From assembly GCA_963750165.1 (NCBI GenBank), contig CAVVPN010000003.1, forward strand, positions 2,240,001 through 2,304,000: 64,000 bases of DNA, read 5' to 3'. Within the stretch, counting starts at the first letter, position 1. Each line of letters begins with the position of its first letter. Positions 10,901 to 20,323 of this stretch are shown here, piece by piece. Below the pieces are notes generated by a model, which saw only the letters and a program-made list of their open reading frames with translations, did not search any database and had not been told where the DNA came from. The stretch comes from an uncultured Gemmataceae bacterium. GTDB lineage: Bacteria; Planctomycetota; Planctomycetia; Gemmatales; Gemmataceae. The position numbers were made by a program, and so were the translations under genes.

Positions 10901-11305
10901 GTGGTGCTGGCGAAGATGGACATCAACATCTTTACCCAGATCGGCTTCATCGTGCTGGTCGGCCTGGCGTGCAAGAACGCGATCTTGATTGTCGAGTTCG
11001 CGAAGGCACAGCACGAGACGGGCCTGTCGCGCTGGGAGGCGACGGTGCTGGCGTGCCGGCTGCGGCTGCGGCCGATCATCATGACGAGTTTCGCGTTCAT
11101 TCTCGGCGTGGTGCCGCTGATGCTGTCGGAGGGGGCCGGGGCGGAGATGCGGCGGACGCTGGGCACGGCGGTGTTCGCGGGCATGCTCGGCGTGACGCTG
11201 TTCGGCATCTTTTTGACGCCGGTGTTTTATTATGTGATTCAGTGGTTCAAGGACTGGCGCGGTCACGGCACGACGGCACCGGTTGAGCATGAGGGGCACG
11301 GCTAG
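7916..11305 (+). CDS. Second RND efflux permease (HAE1/AcrB family)
   Basis: FFIDRPIFA, GIVVDDAIVVLEN, KNAILIVEFA, RLRPIIMTS; clear paralogue of 4204-7740. Confidence 0.95.
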   Translation: MFSRFFIDRPIFAWVISIVITLAGGVALFALPVAQYPDITPPTVEVSAVYPGANARVVADTVAAPIEQQVNGVEGMMYMSSQCANDGSYTLTITFKPGSDLNIAQVLVQNRVSLAEPVLPDLVKRRGISVKKKSPNVLMIVNLFSKDDSQTNLELSNFATIRIRDELSRLAGVGDITYLGQRDYSMRVWLDPQKLASYNLIPQDIIKAVEAQNIQVAAGQIGQPPTPRGQVSQYIITIEGRLENVEQFSNIVVKSTNGSLVYLKDVAGLELGAQSYDQTCTLDTKPSVALSVYQLPGSNALEVARRVKDRMKHLKKSWSPGVDYAIVYDTTPFIQESINEVFHTLRDAVILVAIVVLFFLQDWRAMILPMIDVPVSLIGTFAVMAVLGFSLNNLTLFGLVLAIGIVVDDAIVVLENIERLIATGLDTRNATIKAMEEITGPIIAITLVLCSVFLPSVFITGITGQFYRQFALTISVAMIISAINALTLTPSRAVVIFKQEAGHHGHKREALPWWFFGLLGGLGTLWLLPPLLAEHLGMPELAAHGHRHYDSDAPWWLAHVVNVATFTPGLLLGLVVGWLCIRPVNAVLAVVFRAFNRCFDVVTAIYGRLVGRLLRVSVLVLAAYGGLLYLTYTGFTTTPTGFIPAQDKGYLLVNVQLPDAASVTRTRAVVEKIEKIALETPGVKHSVAISGQSILMGANASNFGSLYLMLDDFEDRTGPERTSEAITAALQERIQKEVPRAVVNIFGAPPVEGLGTAGGFKIVVLDTGNNGLKTLQDTADRAVVAGEKTPHLQGLFSSFRADTPWLELIIDRPQAKDRGVSIDDVRTTVEQTFGPYYINDFNRFGRTWQVTVQAQHEYRQTAEDLKLLEVLNNKGERVPLAAFAKVRYVPGPVTIMRYNMYEAAAIHAEAGPGTSSGQAIDALEAAANEQLPQTMRAEWTELGFLQLQTGNTAIIVFFLAVVLVFLVLAAQYESWSLPLAVILVVPMCLLCAITGVVLAKMDINIFTQIGFIVLVGLACKNAILIVEFAKAQHETGLSRWEATVLACRLRLRPIIMTSFAFILGVVPLMLSEGAGAEMRRTLGTAVFAGMLGVTLFGIFLTPVFYYVIQWFKDWRGHGTTAPVEHEGHG

Positions 11306-11341
11306 CGCGGCCTGGGCGGGCCGCGCTAGCATGTTGCCCTG

Positions 11342-11827
11342 TTAGCGCTCATCTTCAGAAAAGGCGTGGCGTAGGGCGCAGAATTCCACAGCCAGGCGGG
11401 CGAGGACCTGCTCGCACCGCTCCGGGTCGTTTTCCAGGCTGGACCTGACCCATTCCAGGACATGAAAGCACAGCAGTTCTGCGTCGGTGGCGTCGAGTCG
11501 CTCGTAGCGCAGCATTTTGCAGACGTGCGGCAGCGAATCGCTGGCCGCCAGCCGAAACTGCTCCGTGGCCGCGGTCAGCGTCATTCGGCCGGCGATCAAC
11601 TCCTGCGTCGCGGCTTCCTTGCGTTCCACAACTTCCTGGAGGTGTTCGTCCAGGCGCGACAGGTCCGCCAGCCGCTGTTCCTCGCGGCGGAGCTGGCTCA
11701 GCAGCTCGGGCAGGGACCACACGTCCAGTCCCAGGTCGGCCAGCCAGGCGGGTTGCAGCGTGCAGCAACCCACCGCCAGCGTGGCCACCAGCAACAGCCC
11801 GGCCGTCATACGCAGTAAAGAAAGCAT
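11342..11827 (-). CDS. Hypothetical exported/membrane-anchored helical protein
   Basis: RBS GAGGAG before ATG; hydrophobic N-terminus ending LAVGCC; sigma54-type promoter upstream. Confidence 0.7.
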   Translation of the reverse strand: MLSLLRMTAGLLLVATLAVGCCTLQPAWLADLGLDVWSLPELLSQLRREEQRLADLSRLDEHLQEVVERKEAATQELIAGRMTLTAATEQFRLAASDSLPHVCKMLRYERLDATDAELLCFHVLEWVRSSLENDPERCEQVLARLAVEFCALRHAFSEDER

Positions 11828-12003
11828 GAGGAATCTCCTCTTGGGGGTAGGTTGAGGGGGCGATGGTGGGCTGTCCACGGGCGCGGACGGTTGGCGGGAG
11901 AGGAGAGTAGATTACCAGGCACCGGCGGGGACGGTGTGTTGGCCTGGTAAAGACACGATGAGGATTAACCGGCGGTACATTGACTGACCATAAAAGGAGG
12001 AAA

Positions 12004-12019
12004 AGCAAGTCGCGTGCCG
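12004..12019 (-). promoter_or_regulatory. Sigma54 (-24/-12) promoter
   Basis: Minus strand reads CGGCACGCGACTTGCT, matching GGCACG-N4-TTGC(A/T) with exact spacing. Confidence 0.65.
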
Positions 12020-12193
12020 GAGACACTGCGACGTGGGAAGTGGTTGAAATTGCGGCAGATAGCGTCGGTCGGCGGCGCCGCCGCCGCGGGACGGTGGGGC
12101 GCGGCTGCGCAGGCAGCGGGCAACGTTGCCGCGCCGCCGCGCAACACCACGCTATGACCCGTCTTTCTGCCGCTTACGGCGTAGCGGTCTTAA

Positions 12194-12257
12194 CGTGGGG
12201 CAGACATTCCTGTCTGCCATCTTTCAAAGATCGGCAGACAGGAATGTCTGCCCCACG
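12194..12257. repeat. REP-like inverted repeat, 25-bp perfect arms
   Basis: CGTGGGGCAGACATTCCTGTCTGCC ... GGCAGACAGGAATGTCTGCCCCACG; same family as the unit at 4076-4099. Confidence 0.85.
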
Positions 12258-12277
12258 AAGAAGAGCGGCCGATCCGC

Positions 12278-15200
12278 TTATTTCGCCGCCGCCAGCACCT
12301 TTTTCCGCGCCTCGCGGGCGGCCCGGCTGACGGTCTCGTCCGCGTCCTTGACGGCGGCCTCCAGGGTCGGCAGCACCGCGTTGCGGTCGAACTGGCCGAG
12401 TTCGCCCAGCGCGAACACTGCCGCGGCCCGTACCTCCGGCTCGGCGTCCCTGGCCGCGACGCACAACGCTGGAATGGCGGCGGTCGCCTTCGGGCCGATG
12501 TCCGCCAGCGCGTACGCCACCAGGGCCCGCACCCCGGCCTGCTTGTCCGTCAGCGCGGCGCCCAGCCGCTTCACCGCCCCCTCGGCGGCCGGCCCCAGAA
12601 CGCCCAGCACCTGGGCCGCGGCGCTGCGGAACTCCATCGGTTGACCCTGGTCCTCCAGCACCTCCAGCAGCGTATTCACGTCGCCGGCGTCGGGCCGGCC
12701 GATCTGCGTCAGCGCGGCGTTCGCCGCCTTGCGCACGTGGTCGTTCGGCTCGACCTTGCTGGAGAACAGCAGCGCCGTGTACGCCACCCGGGCGCGAACG
12801 CCCACCTTGGCCCGCTCCTCCGCGACGGCGATCCTGGCCAGCGCCTCGGCGGCGGCAGCGCGGATGTTCGGGTCGGAGTCCTCCAGCGCCGGATCAGCGC
12901 CGGCAGCGCCTTGCGTCCCTCAACGCCCAGCCCACCCAGCGCCACCGCGGCGCTGGTGCGCACCGCCTCATCCTCGTCGGCCAGCACCTTGATGAGCGCC
13001 GGCACCGCCACCTCCTTGACCAGCGCCGCCGCCTCCGGCCGGGCGCCGAGCCTGCCCAGCGTCTCCGCCGCCATGACGCGCTGCACCCCCTTCAACTCCT
13101 TCTGGGCCTGGGCGGCGTCGCTCAGCACCTTGACGACCTCCCGCCACACCGGCTCGGGCAGCTGCTTGACCGACCCCAGCGCCTGCGCCGCCTGCAGACG
13201 CACCGACAACTTGAGGTCCGCCAGGGCATCGCTCAGGGCGTCGCGGGCCACCTTGTCCTCTGGCCCGATCTCGCCCAGGGCGTAGGCCGCGCGCGACCGC
13301 AGTTCCTCGCTGTTCTTGTCGTTTTTCAGGGCGGCGGCCAGCGCGGGCACGGCCTCGGCCGCCTTCGGCCCGATGGCCGCCAGGGCGAACGCCGCCGTCG
13401 TGGCCACGGACTCCTCCTGATCCTTGAGCGCCTGGGCCAGCGCCTTGACCGCCGGGTGGGCATCGCGGTTCAGCATCCACAGGGTCACCGCCGCGGAGGT
13501 GCGATAGCTCGGCCGCCGCGGGTCTTCCAGGGCCTGCACCAGCAACGGCACGTCGGCGCACGTCGGCCGGCCGATCTCCTTCATCGCGTCGCTGGCCGCC
13601 TTGCGAACCTCGGGCATCTCGTCCTTGGCCAGTTCGTTCAGCTGCGGATAACAGGCGCGGGCGGCCGCGCCGATCAGGCCCAGTGTTTCCGCCGCCGCCG
13701 TCCGCACCGATGGGCTCTTGTCCTTGAGCGCCTCCTCCAGTTCCGGCACCGCCGCTGCCGCCTTCTTTTTGAGCGCTCCCAGAACGTGGATCGCATGGCT
13801 GCGCACCGCCTCGTCCTCCTTTTCGCCCAGCAGCTCGACGAGCGCCGGCACCACCGTTTTGGCATCGCCCTGAATGGACCACAGCGCCCGGGCCGCGTAC
13901 GGCCGCACGCCTGCCACCTTGTCGTTGAGCAGTTCGGTCAGCACGGGCACCGCTTCCCGGGCCCTGGGGCCGAAGGCGGCCAGGGTGTAGGCGGCGTAGG
14001 CCCGGAAGAGCGGGTCGTGATGTTTCAGAGCGGCGGTCAGCGCCGGGACGGCCCGCGGGTCGGGGCCGACAGCCCGCAGCGCGTAGGCCGCCCGGCCACG
14101 CACCGCCGGGTCCGAGTCCTTCAGCGCCGCGCACAGGGCCGGCACCGCCTTGGCCAACTCGGCGGCCCTATCCCTGTCCTTCGCGGCCTTGTGCTCGGCG
14201 ATCTGTTGCAGCATGTAGGCCGCCGTCTGCCGCAGTTCCAGGTCGGTGGACTTCAGGCCCTTGAGCAGCGCGGGCAGTCCCTGCAAATTGCTCCGGGTCA
14301 CCCACAGCGCCTGGGCGGCGTACAGTTCCAGCTTGAGGTTGCCGCTGTTCAGGGCCGTCCGCAGTTGCGGCTCGGCGTTGGCAGCGGCCGGGCCGATGGC
14401 GGTCAGTGCCTGGGCCACCTGCCAGCGCACCTTGGGGTTGGGGTCGCCCATCAGGGCGGCGAGCGGTTCGGCGGCTTTCTTGGCGGCGTCGCCCAGGTTG
14501 GCCAGGCTCAGGGCGGCCCGGCCGCGCACCGCCGGGTCCTGCTCCTTCAAGCCGGCCAGGAGCACGGGGAACACCTGCTCGGCGTCGTCCTTCTTCTTCC
14601 GCGATAGCGCCGACAGCGCGTTGGCGGCGCTGATGCGGACATGCGGGTCGCTGTCGTTCAGCGCTTCCTGCAGGGCCGGGGCGCTGAGGCGGGCCTCGGT
14701 CGGCACCAGGCCGAGCCCCTGTGCCGCGGCGGAGCGCAGCAGGGCGCTGCGGTCCTTGAGCTTTTCCAGGAGCATGCCCACGTCGGCCTCGGTCGGCGAC
14801 CCGACGCGCCGGGCAGCCGCGCCGGCCTTGGTGCGAACGGTGTCGCTAACGTCGGTGGCTTCGGTTTCCAGCAGGGCCGGGTAGCTGACGCGCGCCGGCG
14901 GCCCGATCTGGCCCAGCGCCTCGGCGGCCGCGGCGCGCAGGGTTGCCTGGTCGTCGTGCAGCAGGCCCATCAGCTCCAGAGCGGGGTCGCCCAGGCGCCG
15001 GGCCAGATCGTTGAGGGCGAACACCGCCTTGAGCCGCGTGTCCCGGTTGGCGTCCTTGAGGTCCTGGCGCAGCGAATCAATGGTGGTGAGCGGTTTCGGC
15101 TGGGGAGGCTGCTCCGGCGGCGGGCCGGGGGTGACACTGGCGGGGGCGTTGGTGGCGAGCACGGCGAACAGCAGCGCCTGGGCGTTGACCAGGATGGCGG

Positions 15201-15819
15201 CGATCGGCAGGGCCAGGCCCTTCTCCTGGCGTGTCCGCAGGGCGGCAACGGCGGCGCCGCCGAGCAGCACGCCGAGAACGCCCAGGCCGACGCCAAGCAG
15301 GCCCTGCCGTGTCAGCGTCGTCAGCGCCCAGGCGGCCAGGCCCAGGGCCAGCGCCAGCAGCGCCAGCGTCACGACGCCCTGCGCCCCGCCCGAAACGCCG
15401 CGCACCACCGCGCCGGGCAGTTCGACCACCAGCGATGTCAGCCGGCGCTGCGGCCGCTTCGGTGCCGGCGGGGCGGTCGGGGTCGGCACCGCCGCCGGCA
15501 GGGCGGCCGGTCGCGGCAGGGCCAGGAACGGGGCCGCCATCACCGCGACGGGCACGGCCGGCTCCGGGGTGGGCGCCAGGTCGAGTTCCGGCACCGCAGC
15601 TGGCGGCGCGGCCGCCGCCGCCACGGGTTCCCGCGCTGCGCCGTCCGCCGACAGGGGCATGGCCGGCGGCGACACGTCGGGCGGCGGCGCGGCCGGGGCC
15701 GAGGCCTCGGTGGCGGCGAAGGCATGTTCGCAACGCGGGCATTTGACGACGCGCCCGTTCATGGTGCTGGGCACGTGAAAGTTGTGCTGACAGGATGGGC
15801 ACGCGACGCCGAGCGGCAT
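12278..15819 (-). CDS. Zinc-ribbon, membrane-anchored HEAT-repeat (PBS lyase-like) protein; frameshift near 12890
   Basis: CPSC...CPRC, Pro/Ala linker, about 3 TM segments, then many ALxD.DPxVRxxAAxAL repeats. Adding one base at 12889-12890 joins ORF 12709-16020 to ORF 12278-12805. Confidence 0.85.
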
Positions 15820-16016
15820 AATGGTCCCTTTACGCGGGGGAATGGCCGGGCGAACCAGAGCGGGCGCTGCGGGGTTTCCTTCCATGATACTCTCTATCTT
15901 GCGGCGCCGCCGCCACCGCACGCAAGGGAAAAAACGCCCGGGGGAAATTGGTGTTTGCAAGTGCCGCGGCGGTGCCGTAAGTTGGGGGTAGTTGGGAAAA
16001 AAATTCGCCGCCCGAT

Positions 16017-16041
16017 CCAACGACCGCGGCGGTCGTGCGTT
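16017..16041 (+). promoter_or_regulatory. Candidate ECF sigma promoter CCAACGA-N13-GCGTT
   Basis: AAC-N16-CGT ECF-type spacing; the same motif with the same spacing lies upstream of the ECF sigma gene (43038-43062, minus strand). Confidence 0.55.
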
Positions 16042-16081
16042 CTAGTAGATGGACGTTCTGATCCGCCGAAGGAGTCTGCTC

Positions 16082-17782
16082 ATGAAGTCCGTGTGCCGGC
16101 TGGTGCTCGTGGCTGGGTTGTCCGCGGTGGTGCTGCTGCCGGCGCTGCCGGAACTGGCGGCCCAGCACCCCTGTCAATACGCCATGCAGGTACACACGTA
16201 CCACATGCAGATGCAGCAGCAGGTGCATTTCCAGCAGATGCAGCACCAGCAAATGCAGATGCACCAGTATCACCTGCAGCAACAGCAGCAGATGATGCAA
16301 CTCCACCAGCAGCACCTGCAGATGGTCCATCAAGCGAACCAGCTCCAGCAGCACAAGATGGCCTTGCAGACGCAGCAGCAGATGCTGAGCAGGACGACGG
16401 GGCATTTGCAGAACACGGTGCACCATCTGAGCACGAACCAGCAGTGCCGGGTGGTGCCGATCACCCATGGCAATGTGGGCCGGCCGCCCACGGCGCTGGT
16501 TCACAACCACAGCAACGTGCTCACCGGCACGAACACCCAGCTGCACATCCAAACCAATCACCTGGCGAAGGTCAGCCAGCAACTGCACACCCCGTCGCGC
16601 ACCCTCTCGACGACCGCGCTGGCCTTGCACACGCAGGCGAAGACGCTGACGACCGTCGCCAGGCAGCTGCACACGACCGCCACGGCCCTGCACACCGGAT
16701 CGACGAAGCTGAGCACGCAGACCCGAACCGTGTGTACCGGCAAGGACGTGACCGTCGTGACCATCAACTGGAACTGCGCGTCCTGCCACAGGCACATGCA
16801 GCCGACCGGCGGCGGTCCCAACATGCCCACCGCGCTGACACGGCTGGCCCCGTCCGGCCCGCGGATGCCGGTCGCTCGCTTCAATCCGCCAGCGCTGCCG
16901 AAGCCGGTGGGCCGGCAGCCCCAGCCGCCGATGATGGTGGCCCGGCTGCCTCAGCCGCCGGTGATGGTGGGCCGGCAGCCGCAACTGCCAATGATGGGGG
17001 GCCAGCAGCCGAAGTTGTCTGAGCCCGTCGCCAGGAACCGCACGCACCTGCTGACGCCGGTCGCCTATCTCCGGCCGCAGCCGCCGGGTCTCCCGCAGTT
17101 CGTGCAGCAGCCGCCCCCGAACATGGTCCTGCCGCCGCAGGGTATGCCGCTGCCGCAGTTCGCGCTCCAGCCGCCGACGAACCTGCCCATCGGGCTGCTG
17201 CTGAAGTCCACGCCGCCGCTGCTGCCGGAGATCGTGACGCGGCCGACCAGCTGGTCCGCTGGCCTGCCGACCATGATCGCCAGGAAGAAGACGCCGCGCA
17301 AGGAGATGACGCCGACCACCAGCACCCGTCCGGATGTGGAATTGCCGGCGGCCGTCGAGGCGCCGCGGTCGAAGCTGGTGCTGACGAAGGAAATGCTGGA
17401 GTTGCCGCCGGCGTTGCTGGTGCCGGTGACGGCGCCGTCCGAACCGGTCGGCTCCGATGGGCGACTGCTGACCGGTGTGCTGCCTGAGTCCGAGCCGACT
17501 ACCAAAGAACCGGTGCTGTCGGTGGTGCATGACGACGGCCTGGAGCGGCCGCCGCTACCGCCGCTGCTGCGGTCCGTCTGGGTGCTGCCCGCAGGCGCTC
17601 CCACGGGTGAGCCGATTGAGGATTTCGACCGCACGGCACCGAGTTTCGCCGGGGACGCACCGGTCACGACCCGGCCGGCGTCGCAGGTCAAGACGACCGC
17701 GACCACCCGGGCGCCCGTGCTGCCGGGCACCGACGCCCCGCCGCTGCTGCCGCTCCCGCCCAGCATCCGCACCGCGAGCTAA
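16082..17782 (+). CDS. Secreted Gln/His/Met-rich, Leu-heptad, CxxCH-containing, Pro-rich protein of unknown function
   Basis: RBS AAGGAG; signal peptide MKSVCRLVLVAGLSAVVLLPALPELAA; GC3-rich codon usage; CASCH at 16775-16789. Confidence 0.75.
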   Translation: MKSVCRLVLVAGLSAVVLLPALPELAAQHPCQYAMQVHTYHMQMQQQVHFQQMQHQQMQMHQYHLQQQQQMMQLHQQHLQMVHQANQLQQHKMALQTQQQMLSRTTGHLQNTVHHLSTNQQCRVVPITHGNVGRPPTALVHNHSNVLTGTNTQLHIQTNHLAKVSQQLHTPSRTLSTTALALHTQAKTLTTVARQLHTTATALHTGSTKLSTQTRTVCTGKDVTVVTINWNCASCHRHMQPTGGGPNMPTALTRLAPSGPRMPVARFNPPALPKPVGRQPQPPMMVARLPQPPVMVGRQPQLPMMGGQQPKLSEPVARNRTHLLTPVAYLRPQPPGLPQFVQQPPPNMVLPPQGMPLPQFALQPPTNLPIGLLLKSTPPLLPEIVTRPTSWSAGLPTMIARKKTPRKEMTPTTSTRPDVELPAAVEAPRSKLVLTKEMLELPPALLVPVTAPSEPVGSDGRLLTGVLPESEPTTKEPVLSVVHDDGLERPPLPPLLRSVWVLPAGAPTGEPIEDFDRTAPSFAGDAPVTTRPASQVKTTATTRAPVLPGTDAPPLLPLPPSIRTAS

Positions 17783-17791
17783 CGAGGAATC

Positions 17792-17866
17792 GATCCACAG
17801 ATGGAACACAGATAAAGACAAATTCAAATGTCTTTATCTGTGTTCCATCTGTGTCCTCTGTGGATC
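17792..17866. repeat. AT-rich palindromic element (CCACAGAT/CACAGAT family) between convergent genes
   Basis: GATCCACAGATGGAACACAGATAAAGACA...TGTCTTTATCTGTGTTCCATCTGTG..CTGTGGATC; relative at 44178-44248. Confidence 0.85.
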
Positions 17867-17873
17867 CGCTTTT

Positions 17874-18506
17874 CTACTTTTTGTTCGGGTCGGCCTGGAT
17901 GCCGGGGTTGGCCGGCAGGAACTGCTCGATCAACGGCAGCAGTTGCTCCAGGTCGATCTTCGCGCCTTCGCCGCCGAACTTGTCCTTCAGCTTCTTCAGC
18001 TTTTCCAGGTCAAAGCCGCCCTTGCCGCCGAATTTTTCCATCAACTTCTTGATGGTTTCCGGATCGAAGTTGCCCTGACCGCCGCCGAATTTTTCCATCA
18101 ACTTCTTCAGCTTCTCCGCGTCGAAGCCCTTGCCGCCGCCGAAGCCGCCGCCTTTCCCGCCTTTCCCGCCCTTGCCGCCCTTGCCGCCGCCGAAGCCACC
18201 TTTCCCGCCCTGGCCCTGGCCGCCCTGACCACCCTGGCCGCCCTGGCCACCGCCAAAGCCGCCTTTCCCGCCCTGACCACCCTGGCCGCCCGCCGCGGGT
18301 TTGTAAAGCTCGTCGAGTTTCTTGAACTCCTCCAGCGAAATCTTGCCGTCGCCGTTGGTGTCCAGCTTCTTGAACAGCGCTTCCAGGTCCGCCTTGCCCT
18401 TGGCCTGAGCTTTGGGTTGTTCCTGTTTGCCGCCCTGCGTGTCGCCGGCCGCCCACGCCGCGCCGGCGAAGAGGGCGAACGCCGCCAGAATCATCCCGTG
18501 CTTCAT
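17874..18506 (-). CDS. Secreted EF-hand protein with Gly-rich low-complexity region
   Basis: Signal peptide; canonical loop DTNGDGKISLEE; GGQGGQ/GGKGGF repeats; three FDxE(K/T)(L/I)KKL units. Confidence 0.8.
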   Translation of the reverse strand: MKHGMILAAFALFAGAAWAAGDTQGGKQEQPKAQAKGKADLEALFKKLDTNGDGKISLEEFKKLDELYKPAAGGQGGQGGKGGFGGGQGGQGGQGGQGQGGKGGFGGGKGGKGGKGGKGGGFGGGKGFDAEKLKKLMEKFGGGQGNFDPETIKKLMEKFGGKGGFDLEKLKKLKDKFGGEGAKIDLEQLLPLIEQFLPANPGIQADPNKK

Positions 18507-18627
18507 GTGTTGCTCCTGACTGGTTACGGGGATTGCGCCCGTGCGGTGCGCGGGCCGTCACATTCAATAACCCTGTACGGGCCCGATTGTTTCGGAAAGG
18601 CCGACTTCGCTCCGGCTAGCGCGGGGG

Positions 18628-18666
18628 AAAAACAGCGGCGGCCAGTCGTGCGACTGGCCGCCGCTG
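18628..18666 (-). terminator. Rho-independent terminator after the DUF2330 gene
   Basis: 16-bp stem CAGCGGCGGCCAGTCG / CGACTGGCCGCCGCTG followed by TTTTT on the minus strand. Confidence 0.65.
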
Positions 18667-18686
18667 GGTCGGTGCGTGGTCGCCGC

Positions 18687-20162
18687 TCACGGGGGCGAGG
18701 TGGGCAGGATTTCCTCGTACTCGGAGCTGTCCTCGTGCTCGCCGACGCGCGCCGGGACGATGACCAGATCGTCGTTCATTTCGCCGCGGGTGAACAGCTT
18801 GCGGAACTTGGTGACGAACAGCCCCGCCTGCACATGGCCCGTCAGTTCCTGCAGCCGGCGCACGTCTTCGCTGGGCGCGTGGCGGACCAGGTAGCCGATG
18901 GGCCGCTCTTGCTGCGCTTTCTGAAGGCGAGCCCGGATGACCTTGGCGATGGCCTGGGCGCGCTTGTGATTCCTCAGATCGACTTCGGTGAAGCCGTCAT
19001 CGACGTTGGGCACCTTCTCCGAGTAGGGGGCGTCGCCGCACAAGACCCGGATGTCCGCGGCGCTCAACCGCCGAGCCCATTCCAGGGCGGTGCCCGTTTT
19101 GCCTTGCGCGTTGGGTTGGGGGGGTGTCCCTTTGGCGGAACCGTTCCCGAAGCCGCCGAAGCCACGACCGCCTCCGAAACCGCCGCCGCCGAAACCACCG
19201 GAGCCGTTTCCGAAAGAGGTGAAGCCCAACTCCTGGCCGCGCTTGAGTAGCTGGGGGATTTGTTGCTCGATGGCCTTGAGCCAGTCGGCGCCCTTGCCGG
19301 GCAGGCCGCCGGGGGTGCAACCGCTGGCCGCCTGCAACATGGGCACCCATTGGTATTGGTAACTCATGTCATTCTGGAGATCGACCTTGAACGGCGCCTG
19401 CACATAGAACAGCGCCTCCGTCTTATCTTTCACCGAAATCTGCGTGATCTTCAGCGGGTAGACGAGTTTGTCGGAGGTGAACTGGAAGCGGGTGGGGGTG
19501 ACTTCGCCGGCATAGGAGCCGTCCTTGTTCTTCTTCATCTGCATGGTGTCGATCTTCATGACCGTGAACACCCACTTCTTCTGCACGTAGTAATTCAACG
19601 TCGCCTCGTCCCCCGCATAGCTGTATTTGTTCGCCTTCAGCCAGACGAAGAGGGCGTCGGCGCGGGCCGCCTCGATGATCTTGTAGTCCAGCGATCCGAC
19701 CACGCCGACCTCCAGAATCTTGATCGCTGCTTCGAGTGGACGCGGATCTGTCCCACGGATCACCAGTACGCCCAGTGATTCGAGGGCTTTCGCGCTCACG
19801 CCAAGGCGCGGCCCGTTTCCCATAAGCGGCAGCAGTTGCGACTCGGGGAATTCGCGCTTCTTCATGATCGAGTACACCGCGAGGTGCTTGAAGAAGTCGC
19901 GCGGCATCTCATGCAGCTTGGGCTGGCTGGGCGTCGGAATCACCATGCCGAAGTCCAGGGCGTTGCCCTCGAACTTCGGCTGCACCGTGAAACTTTCCAG
20001 CTTTTTCGCCGGATCCCAGGTGATGAACACCTTCTGCGCCGGCTGCAAAATGTCCGCGTTCTGCGCCGAGAAGTAACAACACGCCGCGTCCACACCGGCC
20101 GGGGCCCACCCGGTCAGCACCAGCGCGGCCACCGACCACCAACAGCAACGCCAACCGCCCAT
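18687..20162 (-). CDS. DUF2330-domain exported protein (paralogue 1)
   Basis: Signal peptide then ACCYFSA, QPKFEGNALDFGMVIPTP, WLKANKY, F.SDKLVYPLKITQIS. Confidence 0.8.
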   Translation of the reverse strand: MGGWRCCWWSVAALVLTGWAPAGVDAACCYFSAQNADILQPAQKVFITWDPAKKLESFTVQPKFEGNALDFGMVIPTPSQPKLHEMPRDFFKHLAVYSIMKKREFPESQLLPLMGNGPRLGVSAKALESLGVLVIRGTDPRPLEAAIKILEVGVVGSLDYKIIEAARADALFVWLKANKYSYAGDEATLNYYVQKKWVFTVMKIDTMQMKKNKDGSYAGEVTPTRFQFTSDKLVYPLKITQISVKDKTEALFYVQAPFKVDLQNDMSYQYQWVPMLQAASGCTPGGLPGKGADWLKAIEQQIPQLLKRGQELGFTSFGNGSGGFGGGGFGGGRGFGGFGNGSAKGTPPQPNAQGKTGTALEWARRLSAADIRVLCGDAPYSEKVPNVDDGFTEVDLRNHKRAQAIAKVIRARLQKAQQERPIGYLVRHAPSEDVRRLQELTGHVQAGLFVTKFRKLFTRGEMNDDLVIVPARVGEHEDSSEYEEILPTSPP

Positions 20163-20323
20163 GACGAGTACCTCCGCACAGGGATTCGCAGCTCGACCGG
20201 GCACCCCGTCCAAAGTGTAATCACGCCTGACCGTCACCGCCAGCGATTTACCCAAAAAGGCCGCAGCGTCTCCCAACAGGAAGCGCCGCGGCCTTGCGTT
20301 TCATCTGGCCTTGCTCATTCGCC

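Noticed and set aside
3970..11332. Very long antisense and alternate-frame ORFs (e.g. 3970-7716, 9041-11332, also 14641-17022, 39083-41242)
   Set aside because: Shadow ORFs expected from high GC3 codon bias opposite real genes; Arg/Ala/Gly-rich with no motifs.
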